NCBI GenBank assembly: GCA_944383355.1
Contig: CALWPF010000006.1
Coordinates: 429 to 64,428, forward strand
Source: an uncultured Clostridia bacterium
Lineage (GTDB): Bacteria > Bacillota > Clostridia > Christensenellales > UBA1242
Direction of reading: 5' to 3'
Length of the DNA: 64,000 nucleotides
Both the position numbers and the translations under genes were made by a program. Below are positions 8,556 through 18,858 of the stretch, one piece after another (position 1 is the stretch's first letter; every line of letters starts with the position of its first letter). The notes beneath the pieces were generated by a model, which worked only from the letters and a program-made list of their open reading frames with translations, searched no databases and had not been told where the DNA came from.

Positions 8556-10883
8556 ATGCAAAATATAGAATTATTAGCACCTGCTGGCGATATGGACACT
8601 TTGCAAGTTGCGATTAATAATGGGGCAAATGCGGTCTATCTAGGTATGCAAAATTTTAATGCACGCCAAAAAGCGAAGAATTTTGACGCTAGTAATATAA
8701 AGGAGGCTGTAGATTACGCTCATTTGTTTGGTGCAAAGGTGTACTTGACCATAAATACACTTGTAAAAAATAGTGAGATAGATACTCTCATAGATACAGT
8801 TAAAAGTGCTGTAGAGGCAGGAGTAGATGGATATCTTGTACAAGATCTAGGTGTAGCATATATTTTACGAGAATGTTTCCCTAATATCGTGTTGCATGCT
8901 AGTACTCAGATGGGCATACACAATTTGCGTGGGGCAAAAGTTGCTGAGCGCATAGGTATACAGCGAATAGTGTTGTCTCGTGAGACTAAGTTAGATGACA
9001 TCATAGCAATTCATCAAAATACCAATCTAGAGATAGAGTATTTTGTGCAAGGTGCCTTGTGTGTGGCATTTAGTGGTAACTGTTATTTTAGTGCATTTGA
9101 GAATAATGACAGTGGCAATAGAGGTATGTGCAAGCAATTGTGTAGAATGCGTTATAGTGCAGGTACAGTAAAGGACGAATATTTATTATCCCCTGCAGAC
9201 CTGTGCCTCATCAAAAATCTTAAAAAATTGATAGATGCTGGTGTAGTTAGTTTTAAGATTGAGGGTAGGTTGCGTAGGGCAGGATATGTGGCACAGGCGG
9301 TTAGTAGTTATCGCAAGGCACTAGATACGCTTTGTAATAATGATAATTTTAATATTGATGATGAAATATTTAAATTGCGTAAGGTATTTAGTAGAGGTGA
9401 ATTTAATTACAATGCATACCTAGATAACGGTGCACCTAGTGGCATAATTAATAAAAAGGTCCAAAATCATTTGGGTATAAAAATTGGTAAAGTAAGGTCC
9501 ATTGAGCCATTCAAAACATTGTCAAGAGTAGTAATTAATAGTACTCACTCTTTACACGAGGGGGACGGATTAAAGTTTGTAGATAATGAGCGCCAAGTAG
9601 TTAGTCTAGGGGTAGGTAATGTGGACAACTTGGGTAACAACAATTATGCTATATATACCAAGCATCAGTTACAAGTAGGCTATGATGTATATTTGATTTT
9701 GGATTATGAGGCAGAACAAGAATTGATAGATACCCAGCGTCATATACCGGTAGATGTGGCGATTAATGCTAGCGTTGGTAAGCCTCTCTCATGTACCTTG
9801 GTCGCAAGTGATGTTAGTATTGATTATGTTACAGATTTTATTTGTGAAAAAGCAAAAACAGTACCAACAACTGCACAGGAATTAGCCAATCAATTTGGTA
9901 AAATGGGAGAGACTCATTTTGTTGCAAAAAATATTAATGTAATTAGTGATAATGTTTTTGTGCCAAAGTCAGTAATTAATAATATGCGTAGATGTGCTCT
10001 AGAGCAGTTAAAGGCACAGATTTTGGATAAAAACTATGCTCAAAAAGATGTAAAATTTATTCAAGATAAATTGCCAAATTTGCTTGACTTATGTAAGGAA
10101 TTAGAGCAAAATAAACGGACAATATATGAGCGAGTCTTGGTAGTAGATGAACGATTTGATACTAGTGTAATTACAAAGTTTGGCAAAAACTCTTTGTTAT
10201 GCCTTGCTCCAAGTAAATATAATGTAGATACCGTAGGAGAGTGGCTTGGCAAGGTAGGGACTAACATTGATGTAGCCATTAATTTACCTATAGTGGCAAA
10301 TGGTAAAGATTTGCAAGTCTTAGATGAGATTTTACAAAAATATCCTAGCCTCAAAATTGTGGCAAATAACCTATATGGTTTAGATTATGTGCCCCAGGGC
10401 AAGACAGTATTATTTGGAACGGGACTAAATGTATTTAATAATTATACTGTATACCATTTGTCTAAATTGGGTGTAAATAATGGAGTAGTGTCTATCGAGC
10501 AATGTCTTGATGATATTGCATTGACTCCAAATAATTTTGTGTATACCATAGGACAATTTGCTATGATGACTTTTTGTCATTGCCCGTATCAAACAGTTAG
10601 CGGTAGAGACTGTACAAAATGCGCCTTTGATAATAAATTGGCTTTGGTGGATAATTCAAAAGTCGCAATGCCAGTGCGAAGATATATTATTAGTCAATGT
10701 TATTTTGAATTACTGAATAGCAAAATAATTAATAATATCGGTTGGCACAAGTATTCTTGTTGGATTGATGTGCGGAATTTGTATGATTATATCGACGAGA
10801 TAGCAAGTGCATTAAATGCAAATAAAAAGGCTAAGATATTTCCTATAGAGACAATAGGCAAGATACAAAAATCAGTTAATTAA
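8556..10883 (+). CDS. U32-family protein, long form (peptidase U32 / RlhA-TrhP-UbiU-like) with a C-terminal extension
   Basis: ATG at 8556 follows GAGGAG. ELLAPAGD..AINNGANAVYLG is the family N-terminus. A Cys cluster CVAFSGNCYFS..GMCKQLCR is present. The track ORF 8481.. is over-extended at its 5' end. Confidence 0.8.
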   Translation: MQNIELLAPAGDMDTLQVAINNGANAVYLGMQNFNARQKAKNFDASNIKEAVDYAHLFGAKVYLTINTLVKNSEIDTLIDTVKSAVEAGVDGYLVQDLGVAYILRECFPNIVLHASTQMGIHNLRGAKVAERIGIQRIVLSRETKLDDIIAIHQNTNLEIEYFVQGALCVAFSGNCYFSAFENNDSGNRGMCKQLCRMRYSAGTVKDEYLLSPADLCLIKNLKKLIDAGVVSFKIEGRLRRAGYVAQAVSSYRKALDTLCNNDNFNIDDEIFKLRKVFSRGEFNYNAYLDNGAPSGIINKKVQNHLGIKIGKVRSIEPFKTLSRVVINSTHSLHEGDGLKFVDNERQVVSLGVGNVDNLGNNNYAIYTKHQLQVGYDVYLILDYEAEQELIDTQRHIPVDVAINASVGKPLSCTLVASDVSIDYVTDFICEKAKTVPTTAQELANQFGKMGETHFVAKNINVISDNVFVPKSVINNMRRCALEQLKAQILDKNYAQKDVKFIQDKLPNLLDLCKELEQNKRTIYERVLVVDERFDTSVITKFGKNSLLCLAPSKYNVDTVGEWLGKVGTNIDVAINLPIVANGKDLQVLDEILQKYPSLKIVANNLYGLDYVPQGKTVLFGTGLNVFNNYTVYHLSKLGVNNGVVSIEQCLDDIALTPNNFVYTIGQFAMMTFCHCPYQTVSGRDCTKCAFDNKLALVDNSKVAMPVRRYIISQCYFELLNSKIINNIGWHKYSCWIDVRNLYDYIDEIASALNANKKAKIFPIETIGKIQKSVN

Positions 10884-10896
10884 AAGTGAGAAAAAA

Positions 10897-13017
10897 TTGG
10901 AAAAATATACTTATTTTATAAAAAATATTGATTGTGCACATTGTGCAAGTGATGTTGAGAAACGAATTAGTAAGATTAACGGGCTAAATAATGTAAATTA
11001 CAATTTTGCATCTACTCGACTTACATTTGAGACAGAGCAAAAACCAGCTGAGTTTGAGTCCTTGATAACTAAGGCTATCAACAGTGTGGAGCCAGATGGT
11101 ACACTGGTACATATGAATGCACAAGCTAATATACCTACACCACCTAGTTTCAAATGGGATTTGATAATATTTTTGGTTGGTGCAGTGCTGGGTATCATAG
11201 CCTTTGTATTGGAGAAAACAGTTGAGATAGATTGGTTGATTATTACATTGTATTGCATCTCTGCTTGTGTGTTGATTTCAAAAACATTTATCAAGGCAAT
11301 GCAACAATTATTCCTCAGTAAAACTATAGCGGAAAGTATGCTAATAACTATTGCCGTGATTGGTTGTTTTGCACTAGCGGAGTACGAGGAAGGTTTGATG
11401 GTAATAGGGTTGTACTCTATAGGTAAAATGTTAGAGGCTAGGGCATTGTTTAGTAGCCGCAAAAGCATTCAAGGTTTAATGGAAATTCAGCCAGAATATG
11501 CAATCTTGATTGATGGCAGAGATGAGCATAGAGTTGCTCCAGCAGATGTCAAGATAGGGTCAATAATAATAGTGCGAGCAGGCGAGCGTGTTGCATTGGA
11601 CGGTACTATAATCAGTGGAGGCGCTACTATTAATTGTGCCCATTTGACTGGAGAAAGTTTGCCTAGCCATGTCAAAAAGGGTGATAAAATCACATCTGGC
11701 TCAGTAGTGACTGAGGGAATGATAGAGATTAGGACGGAGAGTGAATACAAAGATAGTACTGTAGCTCGCATTATGGGATTGATAGAGAATGCGACAGACA
11801 AAAAGAGTAAGACTGAGACCTTTGTCGCTCATTTTAGCAAATGGTATACCATAACAGTAATGGCTCTTGCGGTATTGGTGACTGTTATATGTCTAGCGTG
11901 TGGAGTATCTACAGCAGAGAGTATCAACAAAGGATTAATTTTCTTAGTAATATCTTGTCCTTGTGCATTTGCTATATCAGTACCTCTTGCATATTTTTCC
12001 GCAATTGGAAAGGCATCTAGGCGTGGTATCTTGATTAAGGGTAGCAATTATCTAGATGTAGCGACACACATAAAGAGAGTAGTCTTTGACAAGACTGGTA
12101 CACTCACTACTGGGCAATTTGGAGTGGAGCATATATTGGTATTGGACAATCACTATACCGAGCAAGATATATTAAAGTTGGCAGCTATGGGTGAGCAACA
12201 TTCTATTCACCCTATAGCAAAAGCTATAATACACAAGGCTCATGGTATTACTCTGGATAACATCACAGATTTTCGTGAAGATGCTGGGACTGGTGTCTAC
12301 TACAAATATAATGGTGATGATGTATTTGTAGGTAGGGATAAAGATGATAAGACCGAGAATACTACCTCGATATTTGTGCACATCAATGGCAAAGCTGTCG
12401 GAGAAATATTCTTGGCAGATGCGATTAAGGCGGGTTCCAAGCCTACCTGTGATTACCTAAAAAGTCAGGGAATTGCTGTTACCATGTTGAGCGGTGATGG
12501 AGCAAAAATTACAGAGAGAGTGGCAGGGCAACTGGGTATCAATGATTACAAGCATTCGATGTTGCCAGAGCAAAAATATGAGTGGCTAGAGAATGAAATT
12601 AAAAAAGATGCTGGATACATTAGTTTTGTGGGTGATGGCATCAATGATGCCCCATCACTCAGGCGTGCTGACTTAGGTGTCAGTATGGGTATGGCAGGTA
12701 GTCCAGTCACGGTAGAGGCGTCAGACATTGTCCTTGTAGATGATGAGCCAACAAAATTAGTAGATGTTATTAGGTTATCAAAATACACTCGTAGTGTAGT
12801 TATTCAAAATATTATTTTTGCTATAGTAACAAAAATCATTATTTTGGTGCTCGGTTCATTGGGTATAGCAGGTCTACTAGCTGCAGTGTTTGCAGACGTT
12901 GGTGTAACTTTGATTGCTATCCTCAGTAGTTTGCGTATACTCAAGTTTAATTTTGATAAATACCAAAAGCAATATATCATACAAGATAGGCAAGATATGT
13001 CACAACTATCACAGTAA
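10897..13017 (+). CDS. Heavy-metal P1B-type ATPase, Zn/Cd/Pb-type (CadA/ZntA-like)
   Basis: TTG start. N-terminal HMA-like domain with CAHC. Core motifs: TM CPC (SCPCAF), DKTGTLT, HP (SIHPIAKA), GDGINDAP. N(x)7K (NIIFAIVTK) and DVG motifs fit the P1B-2 subgroup. Confidence 0.85.
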   Translation: MEKYTYFIKNIDCAHCASDVEKRISKINGLNNVNYNFASTRLTFETEQKPAEFESLITKAINSVEPDGTLVHMNAQANIPTPPSFKWDLIIFLVGAVLGIIAFVLEKTVEIDWLIITLYCISACVLISKTFIKAMQQLFLSKTIAESMLITIAVIGCFALAEYEEGLMVIGLYSIGKMLEARALFSSRKSIQGLMEIQPEYAILIDGRDEHRVAPADVKIGSIIIVRAGERVALDGTIISGGATINCAHLTGESLPSHVKKGDKITSGSVVTEGMIEIRTESEYKDSTVARIMGLIENATDKKSKTETFVAHFSKWYTITVMALAVLVTVICLACGVSTAESINKGLIFLVISCPCAFAISVPLAYFSAIGKASRRGILIKGSNYLDVATHIKRVVFDKTGTLTTGQFGVEHILVLDNHYTEQDILKLAAMGEQHSIHPIAKAIIHKAHGITLDNITDFREDAGTGVYYKYNGDDVFVGRDKDDKTENTTSIFVHINGKAVGEIFLADAIKAGSKPTCDYLKSQGIAVTMLSGDGAKITERVAGQLGINDYKHSMLPEQKYEWLENEIKKDAGYISFVGDGINDAPSLRRADLGVSMGMAGSPVTVEASDIVLVDDEPTKLVDVIRLSKYTRSVVIQNIIFAIVTKIIILVLGSLGIAGLLAAVFADVGVTLIAILSSLRILKFNFDKYQKQYIIQDRQDMSQLSQ

Positions 13018-13043
13018 TATTTTAATTTTTGCAAAACAAAAAA

Positions 13044-13082
13044 GTTTTCCACAATTGTGTATAAAAGTGGAAAACTTTTTTT
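13044..13082. terminator. Bidirectional terminator between convergent genes
   Basis: gttttccac (13044-13052) and gtggaaaac (13067-13075), flanked by an A-run 5' and a T-run 3'. Confidence 0.7.
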
Positions 13083-13111
13083 ATAAATAAAATTTGAATA
13101 TTAACATTTAA

Positions 13112-13633
13112 TTAACGTCTAGGTGTAGGAATATCAAAGTTTGTTTTGTGTGCTTCTTCCCAACCGTTTTTAACGCTTACATTTGTGTCACTGGTTGAGT
13201 AACCTTGGAACACGTATTGGTTGTCAACATCAAATTCGGAGAAATGTGAGCGTACTAATAGGTGATTTTCATTCATGTATATCAATGCAAATGACTCAGG
13301 CGGTATTTTTGTCTGGCTAAATCCAGATTTCCTAGTGGTATCCGCTAGTAATGCATTGGATACGCTTGGGTCTAGGAATACTATTGTCATTTCTTGAGAT
13401 TTTGCGCCACCTTTGATTTTCTTATTCATCTTCCATAGTTCTAGTTCCAATTTTTCTTGTAAATTTTTGTTAAATTCATCTAATTGTTCATTTGACAACT
13501 TTACTGCATCATGTGGCATATCATTCCAAACCTTGATAGCAGTCTTCCAGTCATCAGCCAACCATTTACTAGCAATGCTCATGATTGTAGTTTCATTACT
13601 TAGTCTACTGTCTTTTACTGTCATAGTTTCCAC
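13112..13633 (-). CDS. Hypothetical protein (173 aa), no family recognised
   Basis: A clean ORF with GGAGGTGG upstream on the minus strand (ccacctc at 13629-13637). I recognise no motifs. Confidence 0.6.
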   Translation of the reverse strand: METMTVKDSRLSNETTIMSIASKWLADDWKTAIKVWNDMPHDAVKLSNEQLDEFNKNLQEKLELELWKMNKKIKGGAKSQEMTIVFLDPSVSNALLADTTRKSGFSQTKIPPESFALIYMNENHLLVRSHFSEFDVDNQYVFQGYSTSDTNVSVKNGWEEAHKTNFDIPTPRR

Positions 13634-13822
13634 CTCTTAATTTTATTGCAACTAGACACCTAATTGTTAGGAATTTTTTTAGAGATTATCATCTCATTTC
13701 ATCTTATTGCTCTCTCATTTTATCACAAAATATGGTTTTTGTCAATATTGGCTTTTTGTCGTGAACACTCTAAATATTGGTGTTATTTTATATAGTTTTA
13801 ATATTTATATGCTTGTTTTACT

Positions 13823-14755
13823 TTAGTTTGGTATCACTTTTGTCAAAAACTCGTCTAAAGCTTGTTGACATTCTTTTGTGCATTTGACAGTACTCAAGGC
13901 GTGCCCTGTATCTTTAGTAATCAACCGCATTTTTGGTCCAGCGTAATTATCATAGATATCTTGTGACATACTAAATGGGACAAAATCATCTTTGTCTCCG
14001 TGAATAATTAATGCAGGTATTTTTGCCTTTTTTATATTGTTGATAGGTGAGTCTATAGACATATCATAGTGGTGAAATGCTTTTGCATATCGTTTCGCAA
14101 TTTGGGTGGATAATTTGCCAGGTATTTTGAATGTTCGTTTTATTATGTGTCTTGATATATCCATAGGTGATGTATAGGAGCAATCAGCCACGATACCTAC
14201 TACATTGTTTGATAAATCAGGATTGCCAGAGCAGTTTAGTACTGTAGCGGCTCCCATTGACACTCCATCTAGTATAATTTTACTATTGTTTGTTCTTTTG
14301 GATAGCCATTTTGCCCATTCTATGGTGTCTTTGCTCTCTAGAGCTCCCAATGTGATATCTTTACCTTCGCTCTCACCATGTGCTCTCAGGTCAATGAGCA
14401 GTACATTGTACCCCTTTTTGTAGTAATAAGGTACGTCCATTAGTCTATAATATAGTCTCGCACAATAGCCGTGTACTATGATAACGGAGCGGTCACTATG
14501 TTGGTCATAAAATACCCCATGTAGTTTCAAATTGTCTACTGTAATATATTCATCACTGCGTGCCTTGTCTTTGAGATAATCTTCGGCCTCCTCTATTTTT
14601 GACTTTAATAGTTTCATTTCATCTGAAGACATTACAGCATTATCTTCGTTAAAACGTGGTTTGCGTAGTAAAATATTATATAGTATGATGCAAGACGTTA
14701 TATACAGTATTACAACTCCCAGTATAACTATTAATAAAATAAAATACCATTCCAT
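13823..14755 (-). CDS. Membrane-anchored alpha/beta hydrolase (serine hydrolase)
   Basis: N-terminal TM helix. HGY oxyanion region, nucleophile elbow GVSMGA, HGDKDDFVP and a C-terminal GHA supply the Ser-Asp-His triad. Confidence 0.8.
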   Translation of the reverse strand: MEWYFILLIVILGVVILYITSCIILYNILLRKPRFNEDNAVMSSDEMKLLKSKIEEAEDYLKDKARSDEYITVDNLKLHGVFYDQHSDRSVIIVHGYCARLYYRLMDVPYYYKKGYNVLLIDLRAHGESEGKDITLGALESKDTIEWAKWLSKRTNNSKIILDGVSMGAATVLNCSGNPDLSNNVVGIVADCSYTSPMDISRHIIKRTFKIPGKLSTQIAKRYAKAFHHYDMSIDSPINNIKKAKIPALIIHGDKDDFVPFSMSQDIYDNYAGPKMRLITKDTGHALSTVKCTKECQQALDEFLTKVIPN

Positions 14756-14882
14756 TTTTCACCTCTATCTATTATGTTAGCACAAATATAGTATAATGTC
14801 GATTAATTAATTTGTCTTTGATTGATTTTTTTGTGTTGATATAGTAAACTAATTGTCAATAATAATGCTGGGAGGTGTACCA

Positions 14883-15920
14883 ATGCCAAAAGTTAAATAC
14901 AAGTACAAATGGGTCATATTAGGAATGGCAGTAGTCAATCTGTTGGTTGTATTGGGTGTCCTTGTATTTCGCCTACCTAGTTATGTTCCTATACATCTTG
15001 ACAATACATTGACAGTTGATGCTATGGGGTCTTCGTGGGCGGTATTATTGCCTTTTGCTATAGTACCTATTATATTTTGCCTAGTGTCTATACTCAGCAA
15101 AGATAATTCACGAGATCCAAAGGTTCAGGCAAGCTATCGTACAAGAGATGTAGTACTAGCGGTATTTGACGTGATATTCATTTATTTTGGTTGGCTCATG
15201 ATAATAGTTGCTGATACAGGTGGACAACTAGAGCAGACTGTCAACCTTTCTCCTATGTTATTAATTATGCTACCAATAGGATTACTTGTGTATATTATTG
15301 CTGGTTATTTGCCTACGCTAGATGTAGAAAAATCTCGTGGAATTAGATTTAGTTGGACAGATGGTAATCCAAAAGTTTGGCAGAGGACACAGTGGGTTGC
15401 AACCATATCAGGAATAGTGGCAGGTGGATTGATATACTTTTTGTCAATTATTGGTAATTTTGTTGGAGTAGAGTTATTGGGATACATTGGTGCAATAATA
15501 TGCTTAATTGTATTGTGTCTTGTGGTGGTTTTGTATTCTTACCTTTATTACCAAAAAACAGTTGTATCACGTGAGAGTATCTCTCATGTAAATAGACGGC
15601 TAGAGATAGCGCAGACCAAGTTGGATAATTTAGATGCCGTGATAGACACGCAAGAAACTTTGGCGCAAGATGCTGATGACGCAAGTACTATAGCCAATAC
15701 TAGCACACAGTCTGTCAACACTTTGCCGACAGAGCAAGTAATAGATTCTAACGGTATAGCTAATGTGAGAGACACTGCTGATGTAGTAAAGGAGCAAAAG
15801 AAATTGGCAAAAAAATCTAATACAGCAAAAAAAATCAGTACTCCACAAAAAGCTACTAGCAAAACATCGGTAAAAACTATAACCAATACTAGTGCCAAGG
15901 TAAAAAAAGATAAAGAATAA
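14883..15920 (+). CDS. Polytopic membrane protein (DUF1648/SdpI-like) with a Lys/Thr/Ser-rich disordered tail
   Basis: ATG at 14883 follows GGGAGGTG. Several TM segments are present. The family call is tentative. The last ~110 aa are low-complexity. Confidence 0.6.
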   Translation: MPKVKYKYKWVILGMAVVNLLVVLGVLVFRLPSYVPIHLDNTLTVDAMGSSWAVLLPFAIVPIIFCLVSILSKDNSRDPKVQASYRTRDVVLAVFDVIFIYFGWLMIIVADTGGQLEQTVNLSPMLLIMLPIGLLVYIIAGYLPTLDVEKSRGIRFSWTDGNPKVWQRTQWVATISGIVAGGLIYFLSIIGNFVGVELLGYIGAIICLIVLCLVVVLYSYLYYQKTVVSRESISHVNRRLEIAQTKLDNLDAVIDTQETLAQDADDASTIANTSTQSVNTLPTEQVIDSNGIANVRDTADVVKEQKKLAKKSNTAKKISTPQKATSKTSVKTITNTSAKVKKDKE

Positions 15921-15927
15921 TCAAGTT

Positions 15928-15962
15928 AATAGAATAGCAATTGATGTTATTCTATTTTTTTA
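15928..15962 (+). terminator. Rho-independent terminator
   Basis: aatagaata / tattctatt stem followed by a T-run. Confidence 0.65.
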
Positions 15963-16045
15963 TCAATTATTTTGTAAAATTAAAATATTATTGTTTTGCA
16001 AAGTGAAATTTTGGTTAGTTAGCAATGTATTAGGTTATCACATAG

Positions 16046-16074
16046 TTGACTTTTGTAAGTTGCTATGTTAGACT
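16046..16074 (+). promoter_or_regulatory. Candidate promoter of valS
   Basis: TTGACT at 16046-16051, a 17-nt spacer, then TGtTAGACT (extended -10, hexamer at 16069-16074). Confidence 0.35.
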
Positions 16075-16167
16075 AATTGTTATACAATTGAGCATTTTTG
16101 TAGTGCTTTTTATAGGCTATTTACGGATTATTTGCCTAGTATTATGACTATATGAGGATAATTGATT

Positions 16168-18777
16168 ATGGAAAAAACTTATAACCCAAAAGATTTTGAA
16201 AAAAGAATTTATGATGAATGGTTGAGCAAGGGATATTTTGCTGGTAATCAGGATAGTACAGCGCCTAAATATTCTATTTTGATGCCACCTCCAAATATTA
16301 CTGGTAGATTGCATCTAGGGCATGCCATGAATAATACAGTATCTGATATTATGGCAAGGTTTAAACATCTGCAAGGTTATAATGTAGAGTATATGCCAGG
16401 GACAGATCATGCAGCTATTGCTACCGAGGCAAAAGTAGTAGATAAATTGGCAAAGCAAAATATTCGTAAGGAAGATTTGACTCGTGAGCAATTTGAGCAT
16501 GAGATACAAGATTGGTACAAGACATATGGTGGCTTTATCCTAGAGCAAATGCACGATCTAGGATTGATGGCTGACTGGGACAAGACCTGTTTTACTCGTG
16601 ATGATACTCGTAACAAGGCGGTTACTCATGCGTTTGTGGAATTATGGAAAAAAGGGCTTATTTACCGAGGGGAGCGTCTCACCAATTGGTGCCCGCATTG
16701 TAATACTGCCATTTCAGATATAGAGGTTGAATACAAGGATAATGAGTCAAAATTGTATCATATAAAATACTTTTTGGAGGGAAGTGCTACTGAATATTTG
16801 GTAGTGGCTACTACTCGGCCAGAGACTTTGTTTGGTGACCTTGCTGTAGCTGTCAATCCTAATGACAAGCGTTATACAAAATTTGTTGGCAAAAATGTAA
16901 TTTTGCCAATTGTAAATAAACCTATACCAGTAATCGCTGATGAATACGTAGATATGCAGTTTGGTACAGGGGCGCTAAAAGTTACTCCTAGTCATGATAT
17001 TAATGACTATAACCTTGGTAAAAAATACAACTTGGGTTACAATCAGGTTATCAACAAAAATGGTGAGTTAAATGAGAAATGTGCTCAATTCAAAGGGCTA
17101 AAAGGTATGGATGCTAGACAAAAAGTAGCACAATATTTGGCAGAGATAGGTAACTTATTAAAAGAGGAAGATTATCAAAATAAACTAGGTTGTTGTAGTA
17201 GATGTGGGACACCTGTTGAGAGTTTAATCACAGAGCAGTGGTTTGTAAAAATGGCGGATATAGCCAAAAAGACTAAGCAACATATAGATGCTGGTGAGGT
17301 AAATATTGTACCCGCGATGGCAAAAAAACGCCTATATGAATGGCTTGATAATATTCAAGATTGGTGTATCTCTAGGCAATTGTGGTCTGGACATCGTATT
17401 CCTGTGTACACCTGCAAAGATTGTGGCGAGGTATTTGCTGCAGAAGATGATGTAGTATGTCCAAAATGTGGAAGTCACAGAGTCACTCAGGACCCAGATG
17501 TACTGGATACATGGTTTAGTAGTGGTATTTGGCCTATATCTACATTGGGTTGGCCAGAGCGTACCAAAGCGCTAGAGGTTTACTATCCTTATGACCTAGT
17601 AGCAACTGGGTATGATATCATTACTTTTTGGATAGCGAGAATGCTCTTTATGTGTATTGAGTTTGAGGACAAAGTACCATTCCACAATGTAGTTATAACA
17701 GGACTTGTGCGTGATGCTCTGGGACGCAAGATGAGCAAAAATCTAGGCAATGGAGTAGATCCTCAAGAGGTGATAGATCAGATAGGTGCTGATGCTTTGC
17801 GTATGTCAGTTATATACGGATTATCTTTGGAGAATGATAGCCGTTTTGATGATTCCAAAACAGATTTGGCTCGAAAGTTTATTAACAAAATTTGGAACGC
17901 TAGCCGATTTGTAGAAATGAATATATCTGGTAAAGACATCTTACCTCTGGGCCAATGTAAATTACAGTTGGCAGACAAGTGGATATTGCACGAATTAAAT
18001 TATACTATTGGCCGGGTTACAAAGTTTTTGGATACTTTTGATGTAGGGCTTGCGTTGAGTGAATTGTATGATTTTACATGGTCAAAATTCTGTGATTATT
18101 ACATAGAATTTAGCAAACCAAATATGCAGAGTGATGACAAGGCTATAGTAGATACTACTGCATCGGTATTGCATTTTGTATTAACTAATATTCTAAAGAT
18201 GTTACACCCATTTATACCGTTCGTGACGGAGGAGATACATACCAATATTTATGGTAGTAGTATTATGGAGGCTGATTGGCCTACTACTAATGATGCTTGG
18301 GTAGCAAATAAAGAATGTGAGCAAATGTTGTCTATTATGGAGTTGACTCGTGCTATTCGTGCCGTTCGCACTGAATACAAGTGTGATCCCAAAAAGACTT
18401 TGACAGCCAAGATGTTGGTGCGTGGTACTAGGGATAATTTGAATGAAAATATCGTTTATATTCAAAAATTGACAAATACTGCTATAACTGTCGTGGATGC
18501 TGAGTCAAATAATGCGCAGGATATGCTGATTACTACACCATTTTATTTGTTGTACTTAGATGTCAGTGAACTTGTAGATGTTGATGAGGAGCGAGCAAGA
18601 ATCCAAAAAGAATTAGATAAGATAAATGCAGAGATTGTTAGATTGGAGTCATTACTAGCAAATGCAGGATTTTTGGCTAAGGCCCCAACTCAAGTAGTAG
18701 AAAAATACAAGCACGAATTAGCAGATTATCAAGATAAACTGCATACTCTTGCAAAAGACTTAAAAAAGTTGAATTAA
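16168..18777 (+). CDS. valS: Valine--tRNA ligase
   Basis: PPPNITGRLHLGH (HIGH motif), KMSKNLGN (KMSKS motif) and a C-terminal coiled coil. ATG at 16168 follows GAGGA. Confidence 0.95.
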   Translation: MEKTYNPKDFEKRIYDEWLSKGYFAGNQDSTAPKYSILMPPPNITGRLHLGHAMNNTVSDIMARFKHLQGYNVEYMPGTDHAAIATEAKVVDKLAKQNIRKEDLTREQFEHEIQDWYKTYGGFILEQMHDLGLMADWDKTCFTRDDTRNKAVTHAFVELWKKGLIYRGERLTNWCPHCNTAISDIEVEYKDNESKLYHIKYFLEGSATEYLVVATTRPETLFGDLAVAVNPNDKRYTKFVGKNVILPIVNKPIPVIADEYVDMQFGTGALKVTPSHDINDYNLGKKYNLGYNQVINKNGELNEKCAQFKGLKGMDARQKVAQYLAEIGNLLKEEDYQNKLGCCSRCGTPVESLITEQWFVKMADIAKKTKQHIDAGEVNIVPAMAKKRLYEWLDNIQDWCISRQLWSGHRIPVYTCKDCGEVFAAEDDVVCPKCGSHRVTQDPDVLDTWFSSGIWPISTLGWPERTKALEVYYPYDLVATGYDIITFWIARMLFMCIEFEDKVPFHNVVITGLVRDALGRKMSKNLGNGVDPQEVIDQIGADALRMSVIYGLSLENDSRFDDSKTDLARKFINKIWNASRFVEMNISGKDILPLGQCKLQLADKWILHELNYTIGRVTKFLDTFDVGLALSELYDFTWSKFCDYYIEFSKPNMQSDDKAIVDTTASVLHFVLTNILKMLHPFIPFVTEEIHTNIYGSSIMEADWPTTNDAWVANKECEQMLSIMELTRAIRAVRTEYKCDPKKTLTAKMLVRGTRDNLNENIVYIQKLTNTAITVVDAESNNAQDMLITTPFYLLYLDVSELVDVDEERARIQKELDKINAEIVRLESLLANAGFLAKAPTQVVEKYKHELADYQDKLHTLAKDLKKLN

Positions 18778-18783
18778 AAAAAT

Positions 18784-18812
18784 AAATAGTCCTATTTTGG
18801 GGCTATTTTTTA
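18784..18812 (+). terminator. Rho-independent terminator
   Basis: aaatagtcc / gggctattt stem with one G-U pair on the + strand transcript, followed by a T-run. Confidence 0.55.
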
Positions 18813-18858
18813 TGTTTTTTAATAAATATAAATTTTTTTGATTAATTTTTATATAACA

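Noticed and set aside
15963-16167. Possible T-box leader upstream of valS, and likewise upstream of glyQS at 37948..38172.
   Set aside because: Neither leader contains the conserved T-box sequence (AAnnnGGGTGGTACCGCG-like) or a terminator/antiterminator pair. Only ordinary promoter-like elements were found.
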